A DNA stretch of 40,746 nucleotides. Source: Octopus bimaculoides. Taxonomy: Eukaryota. The notes beneath the pieces are model-generated. The model ran no database searches. It was not told the origin of the DNA and saw only the letters and a program-made list of their open reading frames with translations. Location of the stretch: the NCBI RefSeq assembly GCF_001194135.2, contig NC_068981.1, forward strand, positions 28,711,233 to 28,751,978. The letters are read 5' to 3'. Positions within the stretch are counted from its first letter, which is position 1; every line of letters begins with the position of its first letter. Both the position numbers and the translations under genes were made by a program. Below are positions 24,430 through 37,047 of this stretch, piece by piece.

Positions 24430-24625
24430 TTTGTGTGTCACTGTTTGTCTCCCCAACATCGCTTGACAACTGATGTTGGTTTGTTTACGTCCCTGTTCAA
24501 TAAAAGATTCCGATAAAATAAGTACTAAGCTTCTAAAGAAATCCTGGGGTCGATTTCTTCGACTAAAGGTGGTGCACCAGCATGATCGCAGTCGAATGAC
24601 TGAAACAAGTAAAAGAATAAATGAG
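24430..24625 (+). mobile_element. SINE family B 3' half
   Basis: CCCCAACATCGCTTGACAAC...CTGGGGTCGATT...CAGCATGATCGCAGTCGAATGACTGAAACAAGTAAAAGAATAAA. Confidence 0.85.
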
Positions 24626-24664
24626 AAAAAGAATATATGCATACACNNNNNNNNNNGAGAAAGA

Positions 24665-24702
<38 letters not shown>

Positions 24703-25186
24703 AAGAGAGGGAGAGAAAGGGGAGATAACTGACATATTGGTGATCGGTTCCTTGGAAAGGAGGAATAAATTGTATCATAAGAAAACGAAACATGAAATGA
24801 AAGAAATCAAGATGCAGATACGCATGTACGTGTGTTTATGTATACATATGCACACATGCACACACACGCACGCACCTATATACATGTGTGGGTATGTGTG
24901 TAGAACTGCTTGAAATTCTGAATGATTCAGTTTCCAGAAAGGCATAACATGTTTAAACGCACACCTTATTCCTTTCTCCAGACAACGTTTCCCCTTCAGT
25001 TTTCTTCTCTTTCCTACTTGTCTTGCTGCTTTCTACTCACTACATATATTACACACACACGCACAAACACACACTCGCACACACACAAAAACAAACAAAC
25101 AAACAAACAAACAAACAGAAACACACATATGTATATTCACAGATTTGTAATTGTATACATGTTTATATGCCTGTTATATTGTTTTT

Positions 25187-25334
25187 AATTATTTACATTA
25201 TTTACATTCGGCGGATATTTGTCCTCATCTTGCTTGTTGTTAACACAACGTTTCGGCTGATATACCCTCCAGTCTTCTTCAGGTGTCTTGGGGAAATTTC
25301 GAACCTGGGTTCTCATTCCTAAGGTATTTTTCGA

Positions 25335-25383
<49 letters not shown>

Positions 25384-25479
25384 GTTGTTGTTGTTGTTAT
25401 TGTTCAGGTCACTGGTTTGAATCGAACTCGGAATCTTGGGGTTAGTAGCCCGCGCTCTTAACCACTATGCCATATGCCC
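25187..25479 (-). mobile_element. tRNA-headed, hammerhead-tailed element, copy 2 (full length)
   Basis: Reverse complement colinear with 12616-12950: head, (AAC)n(AAT)n spacer, body, hammerhead, TGTAAATAA tail. Confidence 0.9.
25242..25287 (-). ncRNA. Type-I minimal hammerhead ribozyme motif, core intact
   Basis: GACAC-CTGAAGA-A-GACTG-GAGGGTATAT-CAGCC-GAAA-CG-TT-GTGTT: stem I 5 bp, stem II 4/5 pairs, palindromic ACGT in place of stem III, GUU cleavage triplet. Confidence 0.75.
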
Positions 25480-25482
25480 GTA

Positions 25483-25597
25483 GGCATATGGCGTAGTGGT
25501 TAAGACACCTGAAGAAGGCTGGAGAGCATATCAACCGAAACGTTGTATTAACAAATAAGATGAGGCCAAATATCCGTCGAATGTAAATAATGTAAAT
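25483..25597 (+). mobile_element. tRNA-headed, hammerhead-tailed element, copy 3 (internally deleted; head-to-head with copy 2)
   Basis: First 23 nt of the head joined at AAGA to CACCTGAAGAAGG...; tail ATGTAAATAATGTAAAT. Confidence 0.85.
25504..25549 (+). ncRNA. Type-I minimal hammerhead ribozyme motif, core intact
   Basis: GACAC-CTGAAGA-A-GGCTG-GAGAGCATAT-CAACC-GAAA-CG-TT-GTATT; one mismatch each in stems I and II. Confidence 0.7.
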
Positions 25598-25699
25598 TCC
25601 TCATCTTTTAAATATAGAACTGTATTCTCTGTTTTTAATTGTTCGAAACCTTCCACTAATTTCTAATAACGATACAAAGCTCCATGCTTGGAAATGTAG

Positions 25700-26400
25700 A
25701 TGACAAAATCAAATTCACATTTCAATCTTGAAAAGTCTTGCATTTCTAATGTGCGAATTAGCTGGAAGGTGTCTTGTTCTGAAAACCTTGACTTATCTAT
25801 GCTGCCACATAGATTCTCACAAAACCAAGTGCAGCAATTTTTATTAGTATAAATGTAGATTCCTAATATGACTCTAGAAGCTGGAGGTTTCAAAGCAGTT
25901 TCTCTTTGACTTTCGAAAAAATATTCACATCAGCAGGGTCACTGACCTCTTCGACGATACAATCATTTTTTTGTCTGTCCTAAAGAACAATATCCGGCTT
26001 GTTATGTTTGCACTTTGTCAAAGTGTTCATGGGAATGTTTCACAATTATTCATTGGTTTTATGTTTATCTACATATTCTATAACGTAGGTAGTAACTCTA
26101 TATTTATTCCAGCGCTGTCTTTTCTCGGTTTACATCTTTACAAACACATGTAGAGTGAATATATTTTGTATATGTTAAATTTGTGTAGTGGCAGGCGATC
26201 TTCCGACCGAGCAAATAAAACCACGTGTGCAATGAATTTTATTATAACTTTTGCTCAAACTATTGTTCGGTGGCAACTCACACTGTGCCACCGCGTAGTA
26301 ACTGGCTGGACTTTTCAGAAAATATATAGCCATGTGTAACCTATTTTTGTTTTTCATTTCGTTTTGGGCTACTTGGTGTTTCGGAGGCAGGTCTTCTTTG
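25700..26400 (-). pseudogene. Second RLE-type non-LTR retrotransposon fragment (endonuclease domain), heavily decayed
   Basis: Minus strand L*NIPMNTLTKCKHNKPDIVL*DRQKNDCIVEEVSDPADVNIFSKVKEK...NLQLLESY*ESTFILIKIAALGFV: PD..(D/E) and K motifs of restriction-like endonucleases. Confidence 0.75.
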
Positions 26401-26619
26401 AGACGTCAGTCCGGCTGTTTTGGGGCTGTACGGAAGGTCGTCAAAAATAGGATGCTTCCTAGGCTGATGCTTCCCAGACTTAAGCAGTTGTTCTCTTCCA
26501 TTTTCAGCTTATAGATTTCTTTTTGCTATTGTTCTTTTAGAAGCCTTCTCCAAGAAACTATACAGCATTCAATCTCAAGTTTCTACCTAGTTTATATATG
26601 GATGCATGTTTTTATCAAT

Positions 26620-26623
26620 CATA

Positions 26624-26655
<32 letters not shown>

Positions 26656-26656
26656 A

Positions 26657-26699
<43 letters not shown>

Positions 26700-26934
26700 G
26701 ATATAGATATATATACACACACATATATATATGCACATACATATACATAGATATATATATATAGATATATATATATAGATATATATATATATATCTGTAT
26801 GTATATATATATATACATGCAAACATATATATATACATATATATATGTGTGTATGTATGTATGCTTATAAAGTATGTATATATGCATGCATATAATATGT
26901 ACACTCACACACGCATACACACACATATACACAC

Positions 26935-26974
<40 letters not shown>

Positions 26975-26990
26975 AGAGAGAGAGAGATGT
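26620..26990. repeat. (CT)n-(TA)n-(CA)n compound microsatellite
   Basis: Direct. Confidence 0.95.
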
Positions 26991-28319
26991 ATTTATGCAT
27001 CTATGTATGTATATTTATGTGTATATTGTTCGGTGTGCAGCGTTCTTGCTCTAATTCACTTAATGGCGCCAAACTGTTATCCGTAGTTAGAAAAACTGTC
27101 TACAATCTTATTTTCAATTCCAAATGTGTCTTAACATGGGCATTGTAAAATGGCTTAACCATTCGCCATTTTGTCAACGCATATTATATAATTAACAGAT
27201 ACCTTTGATGTTAAGATAGCTAGTTAAACTTACCACACAGGAAGTTGAAAACATAAATAACAAAGTAAAATATAAACAATCCCATGCTATCGCATGGAAA
27301 GGAAAACAAAAGCAACGTGGGGCAAATCAAAACAAAATACCTCATAAAATAGCATGTACATAATGGCAGCGTTCATATAGCCGTGACCAATATCTCAGAG
27401 CCGCTAGGATACATGCACGGCTCGTATATCCTCCTGCGTATAGAAGAGTCTTTAGGAGAATCAAAGACCCAACTTCATTTATATTATTATGCTACGGGCG
27501 TTTTTGGCCCCAAGTCAGTCTGATAAAGCGGAAATGTGATGAAAACTTTTTCAAGTAATGGCCATCTTGCCTTCTTCTGTTTTTTAGATTTCAGGAGAAA
27601 ACTGTCTCGTGTCTTTTCTTTCTGGTTCAACACAACCAGGAGCATAACAACCTGGTACTAGTGTGTCTTTAGCTATTTTCGCTTCACACACATGCATGCG
27701 TGCGCATATATACATACGTACATACACACACACGTATACATACGTACATACATACATAACCTATTGTAAATAGATTAAATAACATTATTACATGTATAAT
27801 GTTTTCTCTGTTGTTTTTTTTTTCTATGTTCAATATTTGTGTAGGTGTGTGTAACTCTGCATATGTGTATTTATGTGTATGTATGAGAATGTATATATGT
27901 ATGTGTGTCTGTTCGTTTGTGCATATTTATTCTTATATATACGAATATAAGCGTGCGTACGTGTTCTTGCAGGATAATTAATACATATGATTATATAGGT
28001 TTGTATAATTGACATTTAAATGGTACAAATAATATTAGTTTCATTCATTAATTATCTTCTATCATATTTTACACCAAACGTCGCTTAATTTATCGTATAT
28101 CTTTGTTGTGCGCTCCGGGTCTAGTTATTCTGTTCTTCTATCCGAATCTATGGAAGCTCATTTCATCACAATTACTTCTACTTTCTATTTTCCCTTAATT
28201 TTATTTATTAATAATTTTATTACTTCAAGTAATTTAGTATATTAACCTTGCTTAGCCTTATATTTGTGTGTGTGTATGTATGTATATATATATGTATATG
28301 TATATATATATATATGTGT

Positions 28320-28366
<47 letters not shown>

Positions 28367-28389
28367 TATATATACACATATATATATAA

Positions 28390-29197
28390 GAAAGTAGAGA
28401 AATAATTAAATTAATAATTATTTATTAATTATAAAATAGGACATCATATCTGACAGCTGTTTCGGTTCAAGAGTTTTAAAAATTAATTACTATTATTAAA
28501 AACATTTTAAAGCTGAATCTCACTGGAGGTGACTAAAGATATGCCATTACATTTTCATGTTTCATATATAAAAACAAAAATAGGTTTGGTATTAAAACAA
28601 TATATCTCTCTAGAGAATTTTAAAAAAAAGAAATTGTGAAAATGTTTATAAGAATGTAATAGCAGTATATTATAAATAGGTATTAATATTATAGTTAAGC
28701 AGTATTTAAATTAAAATTATAGTGAACTAATAAAAGTGCTTTCTTTTAGGTGCATTGTAATGTAATATAAATATAATAGCGATGAAATAAAAATGCAAGA
28801 AGCCTAAATTAAAGTAATAAAATAATGAAAAACATTGAACAGTTTATTCAGTAGACAAGTGAGAATTTCTTTTTCTGCATATAAAAACGTAAACATAAGG
28901 CAACACGCTTATATACACAAAATTAAATAATTAATTATAGGAAAAAGACGTATTAAAATGTTTAGTGCGAAATTAATAGCTAAGGTATAAAGTAACCTAA
29001 AAGAAATAAGAACTTAAGATTATATAAATTAATGTTAAAGTTAATTAGTATAGACTATTATTATATATGGTCACGCTTAGAAGTTTATTACTTATACTAA
29101 TTAATTTCTAAAAATCTTGTATCGAAACAGCTGTTAGAGATGATGTCCTATTTTATAATTCATAAATAATCACTAATATAATTATCTCTCTAGTTTC
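28390..29197. mobile_element. AT-rich unit bounded by ~140-bp inverted repeats (28390-28535, 29066-29197)
   Basis: Left GGACATCATATCTGACAGCTGTTTCGGTTCAAGA vs reverse complement of right GGACATCATCTCTAACAGCTGTTTCGATACAAGA; one ~15-bp indel. Confidence 0.7.
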
Positions 29198-29352
29198 TCA
29201 TTTTCTTAAAAATATATATAAACACCGGTTTATCCAGTTAACTTACAGTTAAATATTAAATGTAATATTCAGTACTTCTTATAATAGGTAATAAACCAGT
29301 ATATTAATTAGATTTTATTATCCCTTAATGAGGTTTGCAACCTTTATTTGAA

Positions 29353-29398
<46 letters not shown>

Positions 29399-30103
29399 TA
29401 TATATATAAATGGATGTGTATATTTATATTTATGTGTGTATGTGTGTGTGTGCGTGTGTGTATGTGTGAGTGTGTACATGTATTATGTGAATGTGTGTAT
29501 ATATATTTCTATTGGATACATAATTATTTCACTTCTCTACCCCCATAATTTAACAAACAGTCTATGGTTTTTCACAGATCATCATTTTTCATATTCCTGC
29601 ATGGGTATGTCTGCATTATCATTATTTATATTGATTTATGACTAACTATATATTTATACAACTGTATCTATTTTTATAACTATATTTTTAACTATAATGG
29701 TACGCTGTATTCTTCCTGTTTTTATGTTTTCATTTTGTTTTAAATATAATAAATTTCTTTGTACATCTTTCATTGAGGATATTCTCACTTGTAGCAATTA
29801 ACCAAATTATTTTAGTTAAATTGAATTGAATTTGGTTAATCTTTATGCTGCAAACGATGAATTGAAACAATTGTAGGTCTGGCTTTGTCAATGTTAATAA
29901 AAAAATTCTTTATTTACCTATAAGATGTGTACATAGAGGAACATTACAAAGGACGCACACGACCACTTACATTCTTACAAAATCGTTTGAGATGAAATGA
30001 AAAGATCAAAGAAATCGAAGAAGTCGGACGAAATGATAAATATAACAATATATGCGAATAAAAATTTAAAATAATGTTCCGGAGATTTTTTCTTTTTCCT
30101 TAT

Positions 30104-30649
30104 TTAACCCGCCGGTTTTTTTTTTCTTTCTGTCCTTCGTTTTTTTTTTTTGTCCTTCTTTTCGTCCTGACCGGCTATGCTAGCACGGCCCCGTTCATTC
30201 TGAACTTCCTTACCACTCTCCAGAGGGATATTTCTGGACAGGTGGAAGTTGAAATATCTTACCAACTCATATCCGGAGATGAAGTGACCTGTCGCAATTC
30301 CTTTCGCATGTGTCGTTCATACTGTTTCTTTCAGTATGGCTACTACGCAGAAAAACGATGCCCTCATTTCCTTGATGAAGGAAGAAGGCGGAACGATCTT
30401 AATCATGGACTCAGTCGAGAGCTGTACTCTTTCCGCATCCGACATCAGTTGTTCGACATAGTCTATCAATTTCCTCAACTCCTCATAGTGTACAAAGGCG
30501 TGCGCGACAGTTTTTTATTTCGTATATTTTCATTTGTCTCGCCCTTTTACAGTCTGGCGTCTTGCTGAAATTTTTTTCTTGAGAACATACTCTTCGTGGT
30601 TAGGTGATTTGGCATCTATTTCTAGCATATAGGAGTCCACTTTTGGTGG
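30104..30649 (-). pseudogene. Decayed coding-like frame, possibly ORF1 of a non-LTR retrotransposon
   Basis: 182-codon minus frame with only three internal stops (MLEIDAKSPNHEEYVLKKK...TVAHAFVHYEELRKLIDYVEQLMSDAERVQLSTE...); GC above flanks; family assignment uncertain. Confidence 0.4.
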
Positions 30650-30764
30650 TCATTCCTCTTAATTTTGTATGTAATATAATTTTAATCTTCGGATTTTTTA
30701 AAATATGCTAGGCCACTGGTTTTAATTGATAAATATCAATTTCTACCCTTATTANNNNNNNNNN

Positions 30765-30804
<40 letters not shown>

Positions 30805-31873
30805 TATTTGTGAGTGCTTGTGCAAATGTGCAAGTGTGTCTGTACATAAGCATAAACATTATATACATGCATACGCAAATATATATGCTGTATTGAGAGC
30901 ATAGCAATCTCGTATTGTTATATTTTGTTTGTTAAAAGTGTTCAAGGGATTTATGTATATAATAAATGTGTTCTGTACACTTTTTTCCCATCAGCTATTG
31001 TTTCGCGCTATTTGATGTCGTGTATAGCTGTTGTTGCTGCTTGAAAGTGCGGAATTCTTCTGCAAAAAAAAAAATAATAATAATAAAATAATAATAATAA
31101 TAAAATAAAAAATTAATCATGGAACCAAAATACATATCACAGTTTGCGAAACGTTAAAATAAACAAATATACGTTAGTCATAAAAAGGTTCACATAGCTG
31201 ATGAGTTAGGAATATAACAAAAGAATTTTTATAGCTGAATTTGATATGTGCACCAATCACTGTAGCCTTGCTTACTAGAAATAGTGAGCTACCTATACCA
31301 GCATCACTTCAGGGAAAGAATCCACAGTGATATGCTGTTATCTGCCATGTCCTGCACGTCCTCCTTGCTTCCCCTTCATTCGACCACCAGCCATTTATTT
31401 TTGACATATACACACAGATGGTAAAAATCTAAACAACCAATTAAAATGGAAGCTGATTAATTTTTTTTTAGATTCTAATTGCTAACAAGCCACCCTTTTG
31501 ATTTGCTATATAGACCCGACACCCTTTGATAATCAGTGCGCATTCGAAACCAGTGACGATACCGGTTTGACTTTGAATCTCTTTAACAATTCAAAATAAT
31601 GGATTTAATTCCCTTAATTCTAACTCAGTTCATCTAATTATATTTATTTATCACTACTTTTCGTAAAAAAGCCTTTACTTTTTGATATTCAATGTGCATT
31701 TTCGCTTTTTTCTTCTTGCATTCCCCATACNNNNNNNNNNNNNNNNNNNNNNNNNNNNNNNNNNNNNNNNNNNNNNNNNNNNNNNNNNNNNNNNNNNNNN
31801 NNNNNNNNNNNNNNNNNNNNNNNNNNNNNNNNNNNNNNNNNNNNNNNNNNNNNNNNNNNNNNNNNNNNATATG

Positions 31874-31916
<43 letters not shown>

Positions 31917-32469
31917 ATATATCTTTATATATGTATACATATTTATATACACATACACACACACACACATATATATATATACTATGTATAACGTGCAAAA
32001 ATATGTGCGCATGTATTTTAAGTTATCTATGCATGTATAGACATGCTTCTATACATGTGTATGTGTGTGGTCTGTTTGTATGAGCGTTTGGTACGTTACG
32101 TTTAACTATACGTTTCACAGTAGCTGCCATATTGCGATCTCATACCAAACCTGAGCGAGGAAATGTCTGTCAGAATATATACTGTAAAAAACAAAAATAA
32201 TTTCCAAAGCTGAATACAGATGTTGCCTGTCGTTTCGTTGGCGGCAGAAACGCAAATCTCGAAATATCAGACAATTCTGTATTTGGCTGGCTGACATGAA
32301 AGATATTGGGAGACCAGTTCAAAAATGACAAGCTATTGTGAACCAGGTGTTTGCTCATTATTTTCTTACGTGTTTCTGTACATATATACATACCTAATTT
32401 TCTTATATACATCATTTCGTTATTTTGATGTGCACACACAAACACAAACCTATTCATACAAACTACAAC

Positions 32470-32725
32470 CATTTAAATATACATGCATGCATACAGGCAT
32501 ACGTTCACACATATATGTATGTATATATACATATATATATAAATATATTTATATATATCTATATGTATGTATACATATATATATGTGTGTGTGTGTGTGT
32601 GTGTATGTGTGTGTGTGTGTGTGTGCGTGCGAGTGTGTGTGTGTGTGTATGTGTGTGTGTATGTGTGTGTGTATGTGTGTATATGTGTATATGTGTATAT
32701 GTGTATATGTGTATATGTGTATCTA

Positions 32726-32765
<40 letters not shown>

Positions 32766-33087
32766 NNNNNNNNNNNNNNNNNNNNNNNNNNNNNNNNNNN
32801 NNNNNNNNNNNNNNNNNNNNNNNNNNNNNNNNNNNNNNNNNNNNNNNNNNNNNNNNNNNNNNNNNNNNNNNNNNNNNNNNNNNNNNNNNNNNNNNNNNNN
32901 NNNNNNNNNNNNNNNNNNNNNNNNNNNNNNNNNNNNNNNNNNNNNNNNNNNNNNNNNNNNNNNNNNNNNNNNNNNNNNNNNNNNNNNNNNNNNNNNNNNN
33001 NNNNNNNNNNNNNNNNNNNNNNNNNNNNNNNNNNNNNNNNNNNNNNNNNNNNNNNNNNNNNNNNNNNNNNNNNNNNNNNNNNNNNNN

Positions 33088-33160
<73 letters not shown>

Positions 33161-33220
33161 TGCGCGCGTGTGTCTGTGTGTGTTTGCGCGTGTCTGTTGT
33201 GTGTTTGTGTGTGTATGCAT
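32470..33220. repeat. (TA)n/(GT)n/(ATATGTGT)n compound microsatellite spanning an N gap
   Basis: Direct. Confidence 0.9.
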
Positions 33221-33226
33221 GTATAT

Positions 33227-33725
33227 CTACTTTCCACAACTCAAGATTGGTAGCTGAGAGTGGATCATGTGGAGTGTTAAATGTTCCCAAATCGCCTTTT
33301 AACTTCAACACACCAGCCATGCATAGTGATGTTCTCAAATTCCACCAAGCTGGTGATTATGTGGGAACACTTCGCACCTTGTGAGGAACACATCAAGGAA
33401 GTTCTTGAGAAGATGTTTACTAAATACCAGGAGCTGGGAGAGCAATGCAAAAATCCGACCTGCCAGGGACGTTTGAAGACAATAGAAATGGGGTGTGGAC
33501 TAGGATATTTGTCAGGAGGGGGTCATTCTGAAAAGCTATAACTGAGCTTGGAGTTGCTGGCGCAGCAAAGCAGTGGGCTATAATTTCCATCACTGAAGCT
33601 GCAGAGAAGGCTGCCAGGAGGTGGCTTTGGATTAAAAGGGTAAATCAATGATTTGGTGTAACTGGGATGCAAGCTGGGGTTTTCTCAACCCATGCTTGTG
33701 CAGCAGCTAGTATGATTGCGAAGAA
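33227..33725 (+). pseudogene. HERO-like RLE non-LTR retrotransposon 3' fragment (endonuclease domain plus short 3' UTR)
   Basis: LLSTTQDW*LRVDHVEC*MFPNRLLTSTHQPCIVMFSNSTKLVIMWEHFAPCEEHIKEVLEKMFTKYQEL...IEMGC; frameshift; ELGVAGAAKQWAIISITEAAEKAARRWLWIKRVNQ* (stop 33649-33651), matching the DW.LRVD...FP...RPD.V...ELTVPWE...KY..L...EVGCRG...WLW pattern. Confidence 0.8.
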
Positions 33726-33869
33726 TGATAAAAAAACATAGATATCTACACACTCAAGGCAACTACAATTAATATATCCAGGATGGCTACCGATGCCACA
33801 AAGCCGACCATCACACCAATTCTTCTGATAAATGTAAGTAGCGGAAGAGAAAGAAGTCACTGTGGATTT

Positions 33870-35330
33870 GCGTTGTACAGTTTTGAAGATGTCACACTAT
33901 GTCACATTCAAGCACGGTCTGTAACACACTGATAGCGAATGTAAAACAACTGATTTCATAATATGCACATCATATCACCTCAAATCACGATGGTAAATTT
34001 GAGGAAAACCTTGCAATGATAAAAATACTAACAAATATATGCATTAATGTAGTTCTAAATGGGTGACTTCAGCTTCCCCAACTTCAGATGACCGGAAGGC
34101 AATAGAATATGAGTAATGACATGCAAAGAGTGCAGTCAAACTGAATTTCACAAAAATACTGTGCATGGTGCAAACCACAATCTTCCCAAACAGAAACAAG
34201 AACATGTTAGATCGCTACTTCACGAATAATGTGAAACCTATCCACATTTTGAAGATATCACTGACAATCCTCTCAAACCACAACATGATAAAACTAATGA
34301 CGTATGGTTCAAAATTAATCAATGATGTATTCTTCACACATAGCTGCCATACTCTGTGCAAGTCTGACTGGAAGTATTCAAGACAATAATGCAAGCTGGT
34401 TGCATTCAATTTGTCCCAGAGAAGAGAGCCACCATACACAAAACCATCATTCTCCGAGACTAATAAAGATCTTCAAGCAATTAAATAAACATCTTAATGA
34501 CAGTAAGACAGCCCTTCTCGAAGAGGCACTCTTAAAGAGTGAAAATAAACTCAAGACTCTCCAATGAAAAGGAAGAGATAGAAAGAGAAACCAGGCCGGT
34601 GGAAAATATAAAAATGAATATAAAGCCATCTACAAGTTTGCGAAAGAATCTGCATGGAGGCCGTATACGATAGGGTCACTATTTGTCGAAGACAGTTCAC
34701 TAATTGCAGATCCCAGGAGGATAAGTGAAGTACTAAATAAATAAATAATTTCAAAGTGTCTTCATCTCTCTTCGGTTTGTATTAATACATCGAGGTGTGG
34801 TTACCTCAGAGCGTCAAATTGCTGGCGGAACTAGAAGCAATCTAGCGCCACTACACAAAGAAGATTGACACGGTGAAACAGATGAGCCTCTGGAAGAGGT
34901 TAAAAGAACTAAAGCTCTACTCCATAGAAAGAAGGCGTGAAAGTTATGCAATGTTATACACACAAAAGATCCTGGAAGACTTGACAGCTATACCACCCGC
35001 CAAACTGGATAGCACTGGACAATACCAAAGGCCCCGTCTTTTCCAACTCAGATACGGCCTCAGAACTGTTACAGCTTGAATTTCAGAGGCCACTACGATT
35101 CAACATTTTGCGAAACAACCGTAGGGATTTACCAGGTGTAGATATAGAGGACTTATAATTTTGTATCTAAGATATCAAAAGCACCCACAACGCCACAGAA
35201 GAAAAAGAGAATAGCAGCTCCGTCCAACTAGATACTACACCAGAAAAGGTACAGAAACACATTTAAAGAGGCAGAAACACATTTAAATGAGAGGCACCAG
35301 CCTCTGGTTCGAAACTACTAAAATATGTAG
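33870..35330 (+). pseudogene. APE-type (CR1/L2-like) LINE ORF2 remnant lacking the RT domain
   Basis: MGDFSFPNFR*PEG; MLDRYFTNN...LSNHNMI (APE GDFN, LD..FTN, SDH motifs); YKFAKE...IGSLFVEDSSLIADPRRISEVLN; then directly WLPQSVKLLAELEAI*RHYTKKID..WKRLKELKLYSIERRRESY (ORF2 C-terminus). Confidence 0.85.
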
Positions 35331-35360
35331 ATAAAGGAATATGCACATACACACACGTAT

Positions 35361-35399
<39 letters not shown>

Positions 35400-35454
35400 A
35401 GCAACGCAATGTATACGTACACAGACAGGCATATACATTTTCATATAGTTGTAT

Positions 35455-35494
<40 letters not shown>

Positions 35495-36002
35495 NNNNNN
35501 NNNNNNNNNNNNNNNNNNNNNNNNNNNNNNNNNNNNNNNNNNNNNNNNNNNNNNNNNNNNNNNNNNNNNNNNNNNNNNNNNNNNNNNNNNNNNNNNNNNN
35601 NNNNNNNNNNNNNNNNNNNNNNNNNNNNNNNNNNNNNNNNNNNNNNNNNNNNNNNNNNNNNNNNNNNNNNNNNNNNNNNNNNNNNNNNNNNNNNNNNNNN
35701 NNNNNNNNNNNNNNNNNNNNNNNNNNNNNNNNNNNNNNNNNNNNNNNNNNNNNNNNNNNNNNNNNNNNNNNNNNNNNNNNNNNNNNNNNNNNNNNNNNNN
35801 NNNNNNNNNNNNNNNNNNNNNNNNNNNNNNNNNNNNNNNNNNNNNNNNNNNNNNNNNNNNNNNNNNNNNNNNNNNNNNNNNNNNNNNNNNNNNNNNNNNN
35901 NNNNNNNNNNNNNNNNNNNNNNNNNNNNNNNNNNNNNNNNNNNNNNNNNNNNNNNNNNNNNNNNNNNNNNNNNNNNNNNNNNNNNNNNNNNNNNNNNNNN
36001 NN

Positions 36003-36055
<53 letters not shown>

Positions 36056-36684
36056 GTTTGGGTGTGTGTGCTTGTTTGTGTGTATGTGTGTATGTGTGTG
36101 TTTGTGTATTTGTGTGTGAGCAATATGTGTACGTGTGTCAATGTCTGTATATACGTATGTAATTGTGTGACGGTATTTAATTGATCGGATATGTAATTGT
36201 TTGTTTCTGTGTGCGCATTTCTGTATGTGTATGTGCGTTAGATAATCTACAAAACCAATAAAAATATAGTGGAAACTGGAGATGACAGTATCTTGTCAAG
36301 AACTAGCTAGCGTTCTAGTTTCAACTGGCAACAAACACCTGCCTAAGTAACTGAAACAATAATGGAATTTAGTACCGTCTTAAGCATGCCAAATATTGGT
36401 GGAATATAATGTTCTTGGAATTGTGTGTGTGGTGTATGTGCGTGCCTATGTGTTGTGTATCTGTATATACATATATACACATATATTCACATAAATATAT
36501 GCATACACTCGCATCATGTACATACATATTATTTTTTCATTCTTTGATATAGATGCATGTGTGTATGTAAATATGTGCATATATCTATGTGCATATATCT
36601 ATTAATCGCAAAATACCACTCTATTCTGCTTACAAAGGTTTGTGGTTGTTCACCAGTCAAGATATTACTTGACGGCTTCTTTTT

Positions 36685-36746
<62 letters not shown>

Positions 36747-37016
36747 GTCTGTCTATCTATCTATTTCTATTCATCTTCCTCTGTATATANNNNNNNNNNN
36801 NNNNNNNNNNNNNNNNNNNNNNNNNNNNNNNNNNNNNNNNNNNNNNNNNNNNNNNNNNNNNNNNNNNNNNNNNNNNNNNNNNNNNNNNNNNNNNNNNNNN
36901 NNNNNNNNNNNNNNNNNNNNNNNNNNNNNNNNNNNNNNNNNNNNNNNNNNNNNNNNNNNNNNNNNNNNNNNNNNNNNNNNNNNNNNNNNNNTATATATAT
37001 ATATATGACAAAGTAA

Positions 37017-37044
<28 letters not shown>

Positions 37045-37047
<3 letters not shown>

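Noticed and set aside
29797-29840. 12-bp inverted repeat ATTAACCAAATT / AATTTGGTTAAT
   Set aside because: Short and very AT-rich; plausible by chance in this composition.
31490-31730. Possible Penelope 3' region or DNA-transposon end before the gap; also 11555-11645 and 24279-24412
   Set aside because: They look like recurrent repeats from memory, but each is single-copy here and cut by gaps, with no diagnostic motif to support a call.
35290-35330. Shared 3' tail between the CR1/L2-like LINE and SINE family B
   Set aside because: This LINE copy's tail is too degenerate to show the match from the sequence alone.
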